A stretch of DNA of 64,000 nucleotides from Patescibacteria group bacterium. GTDB taxonomy: Bacteria; Patescibacteriota; Microgenomatia; UBA1400; MFAQ01. A program made the translations under genes and the position numbers. The notes below the pieces were generated by a model, which saw only the letters and a list, made by a program, of their open reading frames with translations, made no database searches and was not told the DNA's origin. Positions 7,693 to 17,039 of the stretch are shown in pieces. The stretch's first letter is position 1. The number at the start of each line of letters is the position of its first letter. The stretch spans positions 4,999 through 68,998 of the forward strand of contig CALRDV010000005.1 in the NCBI GenBank assembly GCA_943355005.1, written 5' to 3'.

Positions 7693-9531
7693 ATGAAATT
7701 ATTCAATAAAAATCATGGTTTCTCCCTCGTCGAACTCCTCATCGCCATGGGTCTCTTGACGATTTTCATCCCCGCTCTAGTCAGTGGCCTCTCCGCCGCC
7801 AGATCAGGTAAAGTTCAGCAAGAACAAAGACTAAGCGCCATGTCCTATCTCAAAGAAGCGGAGGAAGCAGCTAGGGCAGTAAGAAATAATGATTGGGCAA
7901 ATGTCAAAACAGCGGGGACATACTACCCATCCATTTCAGGAAACACTTGGATACTAAATTCCGGCACTCAAAATATTAGCGGATTTACCAGATCAATTAT
8001 TATCAGTGATGTTTCCCGTGACTCTATCTCCGGTAATATTTCTTCGACCGGGACAGTTCCGGATCCCTCAGTCAAAAAAGTCGACATTTCGGTTTCGTGG
8101 ACCACGCCTTTTTATTCGCATGTGGACTCCACCTTTTATGTGAGCCGATATTTATCAAATACTCCACTTGCCGGCTCCGGAACTATTCAGCCTTTTTCCG
8201 GAAATGGTAATTGGTGTACTCCTTCACTGTCCATTACAAACGTAGATTTATCAGGTCAAGGTGTCCCAAACGCTGTATCCGCGATTTCCGGTCAAGTATT
8301 TGCGGCCACCGGAGCGAACGCTTCCGGAGTCTCTTTTGCAGATGTATTACTCACCGATCCGGCCTATCCTTCACCCCCGGTCTCAACCCTAAACGGTACA
8401 TTCAATGGCTTCAAAACCAATGGCATTTTTGGTGATAGTAGTTACGCATATATCACGACCGATACGAATTCCAAAGAAGTTGTCATTATCGATTTGGCAC
8501 ACAAGGACATCAGTAACAAATTTCTTTTGGCCGGCGTTTTTGACGCTCCTGGGAATACCAGTGCCAAGGGCATCTTTGTAACCGCGACCTACGGATATAT
8601 GACTACGGGAAGCAAGATGTTCAACTTTAATAAAGTAGGTTCAAGTCTTCCCTTGGATAATAACGGAGTCGCGCTCGATGGACTCGGTCAGAGGATTAGT
8701 GTGGTTGGGAACTACGCCTATGTTGCTACAGATTCAACCGGAAACCAGTTAAACATCATCGATATCAGCAATCCGTCGGATCTTAAGAAAGTCGATACCG
8801 TTCATGTCGATGGAAAAGCCGGAAAAGATGTCTTCATTAATACCGCCGGAACTCGAGCATATTTGGTAACTGCCTCATCTGCTTCTCAGCGGGAATTCTT
8901 CATTATTAATATCGACAAAACCAGTGCCAACTACAAACAAATAATTAGCTCTTACGACACAAGCGGTATGAATCCTACAGGGGTTTCCGTTGTTACACCA
9001 AAGAAAGGTATTATCGTCGGTATCGGTGGACTTGAATACCAGGTAATCGATTTAAGCGACGAAACCAATATTCCTTCCACGCCATGTGGAACTCTAAATA
9101 TTGATTCTGGTATTAACGGTGTTTCTTCCATATTGACGACCAGCACTCCTCCAAGAGCCTATTCATATATCATCACCAGCGTCCACTCGAAAGAACTTCA
9201 AATCATTGAAGGGGGAAGTGGAGGGGGAGGTGGCACAGGAATGTTCGAATCAACCACTTTCGACGCCGGTCACGACGTCGCCTTTAACTACTTCACTGCG
9301 ACTGCGGATCCAAATTTGACCTACAAATTCTCTATCAAACATGGCATAAGTGGCAGCTGTGCAGGAGTCACTTTCTCCGACAGTGATTACAATTTACTTC
9401 CCATAGGTAGTCTTCCTTTAACTACGATAGGAGCAGGCTATACCAATCCGGGTCAGTGTATGCGCTATCGGGTCACTAATTCCGCCTCCTCCGCAGTCAG
9501 TTATTCTCTAACTATCAATTACTCACCATGA
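7693..9531 (+). CDS. Large pilin fused to an LVIVD-like repeat (probable beta-propeller) domain
   Basis: Start placed at ATG 7693; HG|FSLVELLIA signal; repeats such as YAYITT..EVVIID, GNYAYVA..LNIIDISNP and RAYLVT..FFIINI. Confidence 0.8.
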   Translation: MKLFNKNHGFSLVELLIAMGLLTIFIPALVSGLSAARSGKVQQEQRLSAMSYLKEAEEAARAVRNNDWANVKTAGTYYPSISGNTWILNSGTQNISGFTRSIIISDVSRDSISGNISSTGTVPDPSVKKVDISVSWTTPFYSHVDSTFYVSRYLSNTPLAGSGTIQPFSGNGNWCTPSLSITNVDLSGQGVPNAVSAISGQVFAATGANASGVSFADVLLTDPAYPSPPVSTLNGTFNGFKTNGIFGDSSYAYITTDTNSKEVVIIDLAHKDISNKFLLAGVFDAPGNTSAKGIFVTATYGYMTTGSKMFNFNKVGSSLPLDNNGVALDGLGQRISVVGNYAYVATDSTGNQLNIIDISNPSDLKKVDTVHVDGKAGKDVFINTAGTRAYLVTASSASQREFFIINIDKTSANYKQIISSYDTSGMNPTGVSVVTPKKGIIVGIGGLEYQVIDLSDETNIPSTPCGTLNIDSGINGVSSILTTSTPPRAYSYIITSVHSKELQIIEGGSGGGGGTGMFESTTFDAGHDVAFNYFTATADPNLTYKFSIKHGISGSCAGVTFSDSDYNLLPIGSLPLTTIGAGYTNPGQCMRYRVTNSASSAVSYSLTINYSP

Positions 9532-10031
9532 AAATAAATTCTAAAAATCATCGTGGTTTGCCTCGCCATCAGGCGGGATTTTCGATTTTGGAACTTCTGA
9601 TTTACATGGGAGTATCCGCTTTTTTACTTGGTTCATTGACTCAGATATTTGTACTAATCAGTAGGCTTAGATTAGACACTCAAGCCTCTTCAGAGCTCCA
9701 GCAAGATGGTATGTTCCTGTTATCCAGGATGAGTTATGATTTGGCCCGCTCAGGTACCATCACTACACCTGCTCTTGGCTCACAAGGAGCCATCCTACAG
9801 ACAGATATGATTAAGTATTCCCTGGACGCTAACAATCACATTCAAATAACTGATTTGTCCGGCTCAGATATGATTTCCGGTTATGACACTACGGTTTCGG
9901 GTCTAAACTTCTTGCACCTTAAGAGTGGCAGTAAAGATAACGTCCAAGTTTCTTTTACTCTTACCAGCAAAGTGGTCAAGGCCGGAGGGTCGCAGACTAA
10001 ACAATTTATTACAACTATTGGTACAAGGTAA
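9528..10031 (+). CDS. Minor pilin (PilW/GspJ-like)
   Basis: AG|FSILELLIYM class III signal. Confidence 0.85.
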   Translation: MKINSKNHRGLPRHQAGFSILELLIYMGVSAFLLGSLTQIFVLISRLRLDTQASSELQQDGMFLLSRMSYDLARSGTITTPALGSQGAILQTDMIKYSLDANNHIQITDLSGSDMISGYDTTVSGLNFLHLKSGSKDNVQVSFTLTSKVVKAGGSQTKQFITTIGTR

Positions 10032-10032
10032 T

Positions 10033-10419
10033 ATGAAAAGGTCAACTCAAAAAGGAAACGTCTTAATTACTCTGATAATTTTTATGTTGATTTCTACCAT
10101 AGTTATCTCAGCGGCGGTTGCTATGATAATTACCAATACCGGCGCAATATCCGGTATCGAGCAAGGCCAGATGGCTTACCAAGCAGCCGAAAGTGGAGTG
10201 GAAGAAGCTGTAATTCAGCTATTAAGAAACCCCAATTTCTCAGGCACTGTCAGCAATATTTCTACCGGACTTTCTAAATTCACCTATACTGTCAGTGTAT
10301 CTTCGCCCAAAACCATTGATTCATATGGCTCATATTTAGGCTTCAAAAGGCATATCTATGTCACCACCTCGTATAATTCAGGACAGTTAGTGGTCAATCC
10401 TTGGCAAGAATCTTTTTAA
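10033..10419 (+). CDS. PilX/GspK-like minor pilin
   Basis: Start placed at ATG 10033; KG|NVLITLII lacks Glu5; AYQAAESGVEEA motif. Confidence 0.8.
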   Translation: MKRSTQKGNVLITLIIFMLISTIVISAAVAMIITNTGAISGIEQGQMAYQAAESGVEEAVIQLLRNPNFSGTVSNISTGLSKFTYTVSVSSPKTIDSYGSYLGFKRHIYVTTSYNSGQLVVNPWQESF

Positions 10420-10432
10420 TTACAAAAAAACC

Positions 10433-11443
10433 ATGCCCAAAAAAAGAAACTCCATCATTAAAATAGAAGGTGATAGATTAATCTTCGAAAATTCGGATTT
10501 ATCCAAGTCTCTCAAATTTAATTATCCTGCGGATACAGTTAGAGATTTAGAAATACTTGATGCCGAGAAGTTGGAAGAGGGGATTCAAACTTTCATCACC
10601 AAGAATGAAATTTCTGCCGGTTCTCTGCTCTTGGTACTTTCCAAAAATATTACCTTCCAAAAATCAATTTCTTCTTCAAACATAGAACAAGAAAGAACAG
10701 CTTTCTTGGACAGTATACCTTTCGAAACCATCTCTTCCAAAATTTACGGGAAGAAGGATAGTCAGGTAATTGTCGCTACCAATCGAGATCTTGTTCAGAA
10801 ATTCCAATCAATATTTGTTCACCTAGGTTTTCAGGTTGAGGGTGTCGTTCCTGAAGAATTATTACCGGAAAATTACTCGGATCTGTACCTAAAAAAATCT
10901 ACATCCTATTCTCATCTCAGTATGGCAGGTAACTCCGGCTACAAAGAAACCAAAATCAATAAAATCGCCAAGAAAGAGATAGAAGCCAGCAAAAATCTGC
11001 GCTTACTCCTTACCCTCTTTGGATTTTCTTTCCTCGTCCTAGGTGGCGCCTACTACTACTCCCACCGAGAGTACGATTCGGCAAAAGTCTCAGAGGTTGT
11101 CATTCCCGACCTGATCGGGAATCCATCCGGAATACCTACAAACACATTATCCGACCCTTCCACCTTATCGGTCAAGATTTTATATCGTCCACAAGAGGAA
11201 TTATCAGCCAAGGAGTTGCAAAGTATTTTATGGTCAAGTGGTTTCAAGAATACCGATTTAGTTGCCACCACTTCCGCTGGCCTGAGCACAAATCTCTCTT
11301 TGTCGCCGAACCTTCCTCCAGACCTAATTCAAAAGATTCAAGGAGAACTCTCCAAAATCGACAAAAACTACACTGTTGACTCACTAGTTTCGGAAAATTC
11401 GGAAGTAACGATTTTACTTGCTAAATCAAGCAAAAAGCGATAA
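10433..11443 (+). CDS. Bitopic pilus accessory protein (PilM/GspL-like cytoplasmic part, TM helix, small extracellular domain)
   Basis: Position in the pilus operon; FLDSIPF motif; one TM helix; contains an in-frame repeat-derived peptide VIPDLIGNP. Confidence 0.55.
   Translation: MPKKRNSIIKIEGDRLIFENSDLSKSLKFNYPADTVRDLEILDAEKLEEGIQTFITKNEISAGSLLLVLSKNITFQKSISSSNIEQERTAFLDSIPFETISSKIYGKKDSQVIVATNRDLVQKFQSIFVHLGFQVEGVVPEELLPENYSDLYLKKSTSYSHLSMAGNSGYKETKINKIAKKEIEASKNLRLLLTLFGFSFLVLGGAYYYSHREYDSAKVSEVVIPDLIGNPSGIPTNTLSDPSTLSVKILYRPQEELSAKELQSILWSSGFKNTDLVATTSAGLSTNLSLSPNLPPDLIQKIQGELSKIDKNYTVDSLVSENSEVTILLAKSSKKR
11099..11124 (+). repeat. Type A element, in frame within a CDS (VIPDLIGNP)
   Basis: GTCATTCCCGACCTGATCGGGAATCC; first 25 nt are identical to the copy at 38920. 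Confidence 0.9.
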
Positions 11444-11490
11444 TCCTAAATTTCACTATCAAAGTACATCAAAACATATCGGCAAAACTA

Positions 11491-11519
11491 TTGACATCTA
11501 TAGCTATAAGGTGTTTAAT
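11491..11519 (+). promoter_or_regulatory. Putative sigma70 promoter for the major pilin
   Basis: TTGACA-17 nt-TTTAAT. Confidence 0.6.
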
Positions 11520-11549
11520 CAGGGCATTAATAATAATTAATGCAAAGTT

Positions 11550-12005
11550 ATGGCCACCAAAAATAATAACCAAAAAGGTTTCACTCTCATCGAGCTTCTC
11601 GTCGTCATGGGAATTCTCGCCGTACTATTAACCGCCGTTTTGATGGCTATAAACCCATCCAGACAATTCGCTCAAGCCAGAGATTCTCAGCGCAGAAATG
11701 ATGTCTTAGCTGTACTAGATGCCGTCCAGCAAAGTATGGCCGACAACAAAGGTGTTCTTCCTGGCAGTATCACAGCCACCCCGACCGAAATTAAGACCGG
11801 TGGAATTGACCTCTGTAGCGAACTTATGCCGAAGTACATCTCCATTCTCCCTTCAGATCCTTCCTTAAATACTAGTCTTACTGTATGTCCAGCCTCTCCG
11901 GCCACCTACGCTACCAACTACTATATTTCTAAGGACTCTGATGGTCGCGTAACCGTCACTGCTAACGGAAAAGAAATTGCCACCTCAATTTCCGTCACCC
12001 GCTAA
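11550..12005 (+). CDS. pilA: Type IV major pilin
   Basis: KG|FTLIELLVVMGILAVL, ARDSQRRND, LPSDP and a Cys pair; has its own promoter and terminator. Confidence 0.85.
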   Translation: MATKNNNQKGFTLIELLVVMGILAVLLTAVLMAINPSRQFAQARDSQRRNDVLAVLDAVQQSMADNKGVLPGSITATPTEIKTGGIDLCSELMPKYISILPSDPSLNTSLTVCPASPATYATNYYISKDSDGRVTVTANGKEIATSISVTR

Positions 12006-12022
12006 GACTTAATCGTCATTGC

Positions 12023-12050
12023 AAAAAAAACCCGCTTCGGCGGGTTTTTT
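12023..12050 (+). terminator. Rho-independent terminator, potentially bidirectional
   Basis: AAAAAAAACCCGC-TTCG-GCGGGTTTTTT with a C(UUCG)G tetraloop. Confidence 0.9.
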
Positions 12051-12087
12051 GTATCATAATCACCACACCCGCTCGCTTTACTCGCCT

Positions 12088-12121
12088 CCCTCTCCTTATT
12101 AAGGAGAGGGTTAGGGTGAGG
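12088..12121. repeat. BoxC-like palindromic element
   Basis: CCCTCTCCTT-ATT-AAGGAGAGGG followed by TTAGGGTGAGG, matching the GGAGAGGGTTAGGGTGAGG tail of boxC-type repeats. Confidence 0.65.
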
Positions 12122-12138
12122 TTATATCTTTTTCATTC

Positions 12139-12166
12139 GTCATTGCGAGGTACTCCGTGGCAATCC
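12139..12166 (+). repeat. Type B element, intergenic
   Basis: GTCATTGCGAGGTACTCCGTGGCAATCC; 12138-12168 is identical to 51984-52014. Confidence 0.9.
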
Positions 12167-12257
12167 AGGTTTTATTCCTTGTACCGAAAATCACATTTTC
12201 CTATTTGATTCCCTTTGATTCTATTGTATAATCCCATAATCATTATCGCAGTTATAA

Positions 12258-15200
12258 ATGACATCGAAATTTACGGGCGCCATCATCGTCGATTCCTCTT
12301 TTTGGGCAAAGCCCGGTGTCCAAAACAAATGGAAAAAAGCCCTAGATAAAATAGATACGGGATACCGCATTTTTGATAAGACAAAAAATAGGTTTGAAAT
12401 CAAGAAATCTCTCGCCAAATTCCTCAATGAAACTACAGCTCAAGAAGTTTTTCTAATAGACACCACACATACATCACCCTCCGACCTTGCCACCTTCTTC
12501 AAGTCAGCTCGTCACTCAGACAACCAGCTCTTCCTCCAATCCAATCCGTCCATCACTCCATTCCACAAAATCCTCTCCAAAAACCTGCACCACGGCCATG
12601 AAGTTTTAGCCTATTCACCTCTCAAACTTCTTCCCCAATCACTTTGCTACAATCTCAAACCCTCCGACCTCTCTTTTGGCACCGATCACGCCATCATCCA
12701 TCTCGCCACTCTGATGTCTCTCTCGATACAAAAAGTCGAGACCAAAATAATATCCAAGAAACGTCACCTACTTCAATCAAGTATTTCCCATCTATCCACC
12801 CGCCTTTCACCACCACGCCCGTATCACCTTCTGGGAGATAACTCGGACAATATGCTCGGCGCCGGCATGGTCCACAGAGGAAAAACTTTCATCACTCACA
12901 CCACTTTGAAAGAGCATCACAGCGCCACAAATACTTTTACTGTTCCTCAAGCTCTCACCGGACTATTTATCTTGCTCGTCCTCATCGCTGGTGTCCTCAC
13001 TTATCCCAGGAACACCATGATTGCTTTCACAGCCGTTCTCTCCACCATATATTTTATCGATGTTCTCTTTAATCTTTTCCTGGTGGGCAAAAGTCTTCAG
13101 ACACCTCCCGAATTGAAGTTCACCCCGGAAGAAGTGGCTAGTCTGAAAGACGAAGAATTACCGATTTATACCATCCTTGTTCCTTTATTCAGAGAAGCCC
13201 TCGTCCTCCCTGGTTTTGTCGAATCAATTTCCAAGATGAACTATCCTCAATCAAAATTGGATGTGCTTCTTCTCATGGAGGAGGATGATAAAGAAACTAT
13301 AGACGTCGCCAATTCTTTAAATCTTCCCGCCTTTATCCGCCAAATCATCGTGCCTCACTCCATGCCGAAGTCCAAGCCCAAGGCCTGTAACTACGGTTTA
13401 GCTTTTGCGAAAGGGGAGTACCTCGTAATTTACGACGCCGAAGATCATCCGGATGCAGATCAGCTGAAGAAAGCCATTTTAGGATTCCGTTCTTCACCTC
13501 CGGAAGTTGCCTGTCTCCAAGCCAAGCTAAATTATCACAACGCCAATCAGAATTTACTTACCCGTTTCTTTACCGCCGAGTATTCTTTGTGGTTCGATGT
13601 TGTCCTCCCCGGCATGCAGTCCATCAATACTTCCATTCCCTTAGGTGGCACTTCCAATCATTTCCGAGTCAAAGATATTATTAAGTTCCGAGGTTGGGAC
13701 GCTTTCAATGTTACCGAAGATGCTGACTTGGGTTCTCGCCTTTTCCGCGCCGGCTACCGCACTGCCATTGTTGATTCTGTCACTTTAGAAGAAGCCAATA
13801 GTAAAGTAGGAAACTGGATTCGTCAGCGTTCTCGCTGGATCAAGGGCTACATGCAGACCTATTTAGTTCACACTCGCGATTGGCGAACTTTTTACAAAGA
13901 ACAAGGCTTGCATGCTGTTATCTTTCAGCTCTCCGTCGGCGGCAAGATTGCCTTCATGCTCATCAATCCACTTTTGTGGGTTATGACCATTTCCTACTTT
14001 GCTCTATATAAATATGTTGGACCAACCATCGAGAGTTTTTACCCAACTCCCGTTTTCTACATGGCTGCGTTTTCTCTAGTCTTTGGAAACTTCCTTTTCC
14101 TCTACTACTACATGATTGGTGTCGCCAAGCACGGACACTGGACCCTGGTCAAATGGGTTTTCCTCGTTCCTCTTTACTGGTTACTTCTTAGTCGAGCTGC
14201 CCTCAAGGCACTTTATCAATTAGTCGTAAATCCACACTATTGGGAGAAGACTGATCACGGTTTACATTTTAGTTTCTTAGCCAAGAAACAAGCCAAAGCA
14301 GAACAGAAAGCCGCCCGCAAAAATAATCACAAAGTCTCTCTCTTCTTCCTCACCGCAATTCTTAATGTTTTAAACCTCCTCCAAAAACTCACTACTCCGA
14401 AACCATCCGTCATTGCGAGTTTCGGTAAACCGAACCGAAGCAATCTCACTCCATCAAACGACAATGTCATTCCGGGCTCGACCCGGAATCCAGAATCTGT
14501 CATTGCGAGCAAAGCGAAGCAATCTAGCTCAATAGCTTCGTCATTGCGAGATTCGTACTCGAACCGAAGCAATCTCATACCATCCAGACTCACATCATCA
14601 TTCAAAAAAGCCTACTACCACCCCCAAGCCGGTAGCATCATGCTCATCATCGCTTCCGTTCTCGGCAACTTCCTAAACTTCGTCTACAGCGCCTACCTCG
14701 GCAACACCATTAGTCTCGAGCAGTTCGGTCTCATCAGTCTTTTTGGCAGCTTTCTATATCTCACTCAAATTCCAACCAGTATTTTTGGAAGTTCCGTCAC
14801 CCGCGAAAGCGCTTTCTATTTTGGTAAGGAGAAAACTCAGCCCAAACATATTTGGAAACAATTTCGTCGCTGGGGAATCTACTTCTCTCTAATTCTTACA
14901 GTTATTTGGCTTCTTTCCATTCCATTTCTCCGGTCTATCTTCAAAGGCGATTCCTTTATTCCTTTTTACATATTCTCCCCGGTCATAATTCTCGGCTTAC
15001 TTTCTTCCGTTGATAGGGGGTTCTTGAATGGCACTCTTCGTTTCAAAATCCTCGCCACCGTCGGTATCACTGAGGCCGTCATTAAACTTCTGTTTACTAT
15101 CCTTTTGGTATCCATCAATCAGAAGCAGAATGTCTATCTCGCTCTACCTCTCTCCATGGCTTTCTCTTTCTTGCTTAGTTGGTTCTTCGCCAGCAGAGTT

Positions 15201-17039
15201 CCGGAAGACAGAGTGGTTACCGAAGATAAGAAAATAAAGTTCCCTTTCAAATTCGCCGGCACAGTTATTCTAAATAAACTTTCATTTGTCGCTTTCCTGG
15301 GTCTGGATATTGTGATTGCGAAAATAATTCTTTCACCCGAGGACGCCGGTCGCTTTGCCCTGGTATCGCTAGTTGGCAAAATGGTCTATTTTTTCTCCGG
15401 GCTTACAGGCCAGTTTATTCTCCCTCTCGTAAGTAAAGAGGAAGGTGCTTCGGGTAATCCTCAAAAAATATTTAGTCAAATCTTCCTGGTCACCATTTTC
15501 TTTACTGCAGTTTCTTATCTTGGTCTTGGCGTCTTTGGCTGGCTAAGTGTACCTCTCTTATTTGGCCCCAAGATGCTCGCAGTGATTCAATACTTGCCTT
15601 TTTATCTCCTCGGCATCGCTTCGTTTACTTTGGCTATGTCCATAATTTCCTATCACCAGTCCCGCAAGAAATATTTAGTTTCCATTGCCAGTTTTGCAAT
15701 TACCCTGATTCAGCTATTCATTCTCATTCGTTATTACCAAACCTTAAAAAGTTTTACCGTCACCCTCGGTATCTTCGGCATTATCCAGTTACTTGTCGCC
15801 GGTATCATGCATCGTCTCACTCGATATTCCACTGCCATAACCCAGAATTCTTACGCCTTTTTTAATCTCTTTAAATCACAAAAGAAATCAGATAAGGCTT
15901 TCGAAGGTCAGATCCGTTTCTTGATTTTCAATTGGCGTGATACCAAACATGTCTGGGCAGGGGGTGCCGAAGTCTACGTCCAAGAGCTTGCCAAAAACTT
16001 AGTAGAGAAAGGACACCAAGTCACCATCTTCTGTGGGAATGATGGAAAGAACTTGAATTCAGAAACCATCGACGGCGTGGAGATTGTCCGAAGAGGGGGT
16101 TTCTTCACTGTCTATATCTGGGCTGCTATCTATTATCTCTTCAAATTCCAGGACAGCTTCGACATCATCATTGATTCCGAAAATGGCGTTCCCTTCTTTA
16201 CTCCTTTCTATACCCGCAGACCCAAACTTTTATTGATCTTCCATGTTCACCAAGAGTTCTTTAGGGAAAATTTAAAGTTCCCAATGCTTCAAATAGCATG
16301 CTTTATGGAAAAAGTATTAATGCCAATTTTGTATAAAAACGAGAAAGTGATGACTATTTCAGAATCATCCGTTCAAGACATATTAAAGTTAGGTATCTTC
16401 AAAAAAGAGGATATATTTGTTGTAAATCCAGGGGTAGTTGTTGAATATCCTCCAGAGGTGACACCACTAACAGAATATCCATCATTGGTATATATAGGTA
16501 GACTTAAAAAATACAAAAATGTTGACATTGCCGTCAAAGCTTTTAAGAAAGTACTTGAAAAATTCCCGGATGCAATATTCAGTATTGGTGGTCATGGGGA
16601 AAGTTTAAGTCAGCTTACAAATTTAGTTAATAAACTCGGAATTCAAAAATCTGTAAAATTACTAGGACGTGTAACAGAGCTTCAGAAATCAAAACTATAT
16701 CAAGAATCATGGGTAGCTATACAGCCGTCTTCTTTTGAAGGTTGGGGAATTACCGTTATTGAAGCAAACTTATTTGGAACACCTGTTGTAGCTTCTAACA
16801 TACATGGGTTAAGAGATTCTATTGTCGACGGGGAAACCGGGATTCTAGTCAAGTCGAAAGACTCAAGTGCCTTCGCAAGTGCCATAAATAAAATATTCGG
16901 AAACAAAAAACTTAGATTAAGAATGTCCGTCGCCGGTGTAGAGCGAGCCAAAAAATTCAACTGGTCCGAAAACACCGACATCTTCCTCTCAGCCATTCAG
17001 CGATATTACCTAGACCTCAACTACAATGAAAACAAATAA
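12258..17039 (+). CDS. Giant fusion: processive GT2 + Wzx-like flippase + GT4
   Basis: GT2 motifs KPKACN, YDAED, VTEDAD, QRSRW, WEKTDHG; a multi-TM polysaccharide-transporter-like block; GT4 motifs AGGAE, GRLKKYK, EGWGITVIEA. Confidence 0.88.
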   Translation: MTSKFTGAIIVDSSFWAKPGVQNKWKKALDKIDTGYRIFDKTKNRFEIKKSLAKFLNETTAQEVFLIDTTHTSPSDLATFFKSARHSDNQLFLQSNPSITPFHKILSKNLHHGHEVLAYSPLKLLPQSLCYNLKPSDLSFGTDHAIIHLATLMSLSIQKVETKIISKKRHLLQSSISHLSTRLSPPRPYHLLGDNSDNMLGAGMVHRGKTFITHTTLKEHHSATNTFTVPQALTGLFILLVLIAGVLTYPRNTMIAFTAVLSTIYFIDVLFNLFLVGKSLQTPPELKFTPEEVASLKDEELPIYTILVPLFREALVLPGFVESISKMNYPQSKLDVLLLMEEDDKETIDVANSLNLPAFIRQIIVPHSMPKSKPKACNYGLAFAKGEYLVIYDAEDHPDADQLKKAILGFRSSPPEVACLQAKLNYHNANQNLLTRFFTAEYSLWFDVVLPGMQSINTSIPLGGTSNHFRVKDIIKFRGWDAFNVTEDADLGSRLFRAGYRTAIVDSVTLEEANSKVGNWIRQRSRWIKGYMQTYLVHTRDWRTFYKEQGLHAVIFQLSVGGKIAFMLINPLLWVMTISYFALYKYVGPTIESFYPTPVFYMAAFSLVFGNFLFLYYYMIGVAKHGHWTLVKWVFLVPLYWLLLSRAALKALYQLVVNPHYWEKTDHGLHFSFLAKKQAKAEQKAARKNNHKVSLFFLTAILNVLNLLQKLTTPKPSVIASFGKPNRSNLTPSNDNVIPGSTRNPESVIASKAKQSSSIASSLRDSYSNRSNLIPSRLTSSFKKAYYHPQAGSIMLIIASVLGNFLNFVYSAYLGNTISLEQFGLISLFGSFLYLTQIPTSIFGSSVTRESAFYFGKEKTQPKHIWKQFRRWGIYFSLILTVIWLLSIPFLRSIFKGDSFIPFYIFSPVIILGLLSSVDRGFLNGTLRFKILATVGITEAVIKLLFTILLVSINQKQNVYLALPLSMAFSFLLSWFFASRVPEDRVVTEDKKIKFPFKFAGTVILNKLSFVAFLGLDIVIAKIILSPEDAGRFALVSLVGKMVYFFSGLTGQFILPLVSKEEGASGNPQKIFSQIFLVTIFFTAVSYLGLGVFGWLSVPLLFGPKMLAVIQYLPFYLLGIASFTLAMSIISYHQSRKKYLVSIASFAITLIQLFILIRYYQTLKSFTVTLGIFGIIQLLVAGIMHRLTRYSTAITQNSYAFFNLFKSQKKSDKAFEGQIRFLIFNWRDTKHVWAGGAEVYVQELAKNLVEKGHQVTIFCGNDGKNLNSETIDGVEIVRRGGFFTVYIWAAIYYLFKFQDSFDIIIDSENGVPFFTPFYTRRPKLLLIFHVHQEFFRENLKFPMLQIACFMEKVLMPILYKNEKVMTISESSVQDILKLGIFKKEDIFVVNPGVVVEYPPEVTPLTEYPSLVYIGRLKKYKNVDIAVKAFKKVLEKFPDAIFSIGGHGESLSQLTNLVNKLGIQKSVKLLGRVTELQKSKLYQESWVAIQPSSFEGWGITVIEANLFGTPVVASNIHGLRDSIVDGETGILVKSKDSSAFASAINKIFGNKKLRLRMSVAGVERAKKFNWSENTDIFLSAIQRYYLDLNYNENK
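14409..14575 (+). repeat. Cluster of four in-frame elements (B, A, B, B)
   Basis: Copies at 14409-14446, 14466-14491, 14499-14525 and 14540-14575, read as VIASFGKPNRSNL, VIPGSTRNP, VIASKAKQS and SLRDSYSNRSNL. Confidence 0.92.

Noticed and set aside
9560-9578. Small hairpin CTCGCC-ATCA-GGCGGG in a pilin leader (GLPRHQAG) as another repeat insertion
   Set aside because: It is short, imperfect and has no clear second copy in the window.
14409-14575. Repeat clusters here and at 56268-56409 as CRISPR arrays
   Set aside because: The units vary in length and internal sequence, spacers are only 7-24 nt, copies are dispersed across the window, and there are no cas genes.
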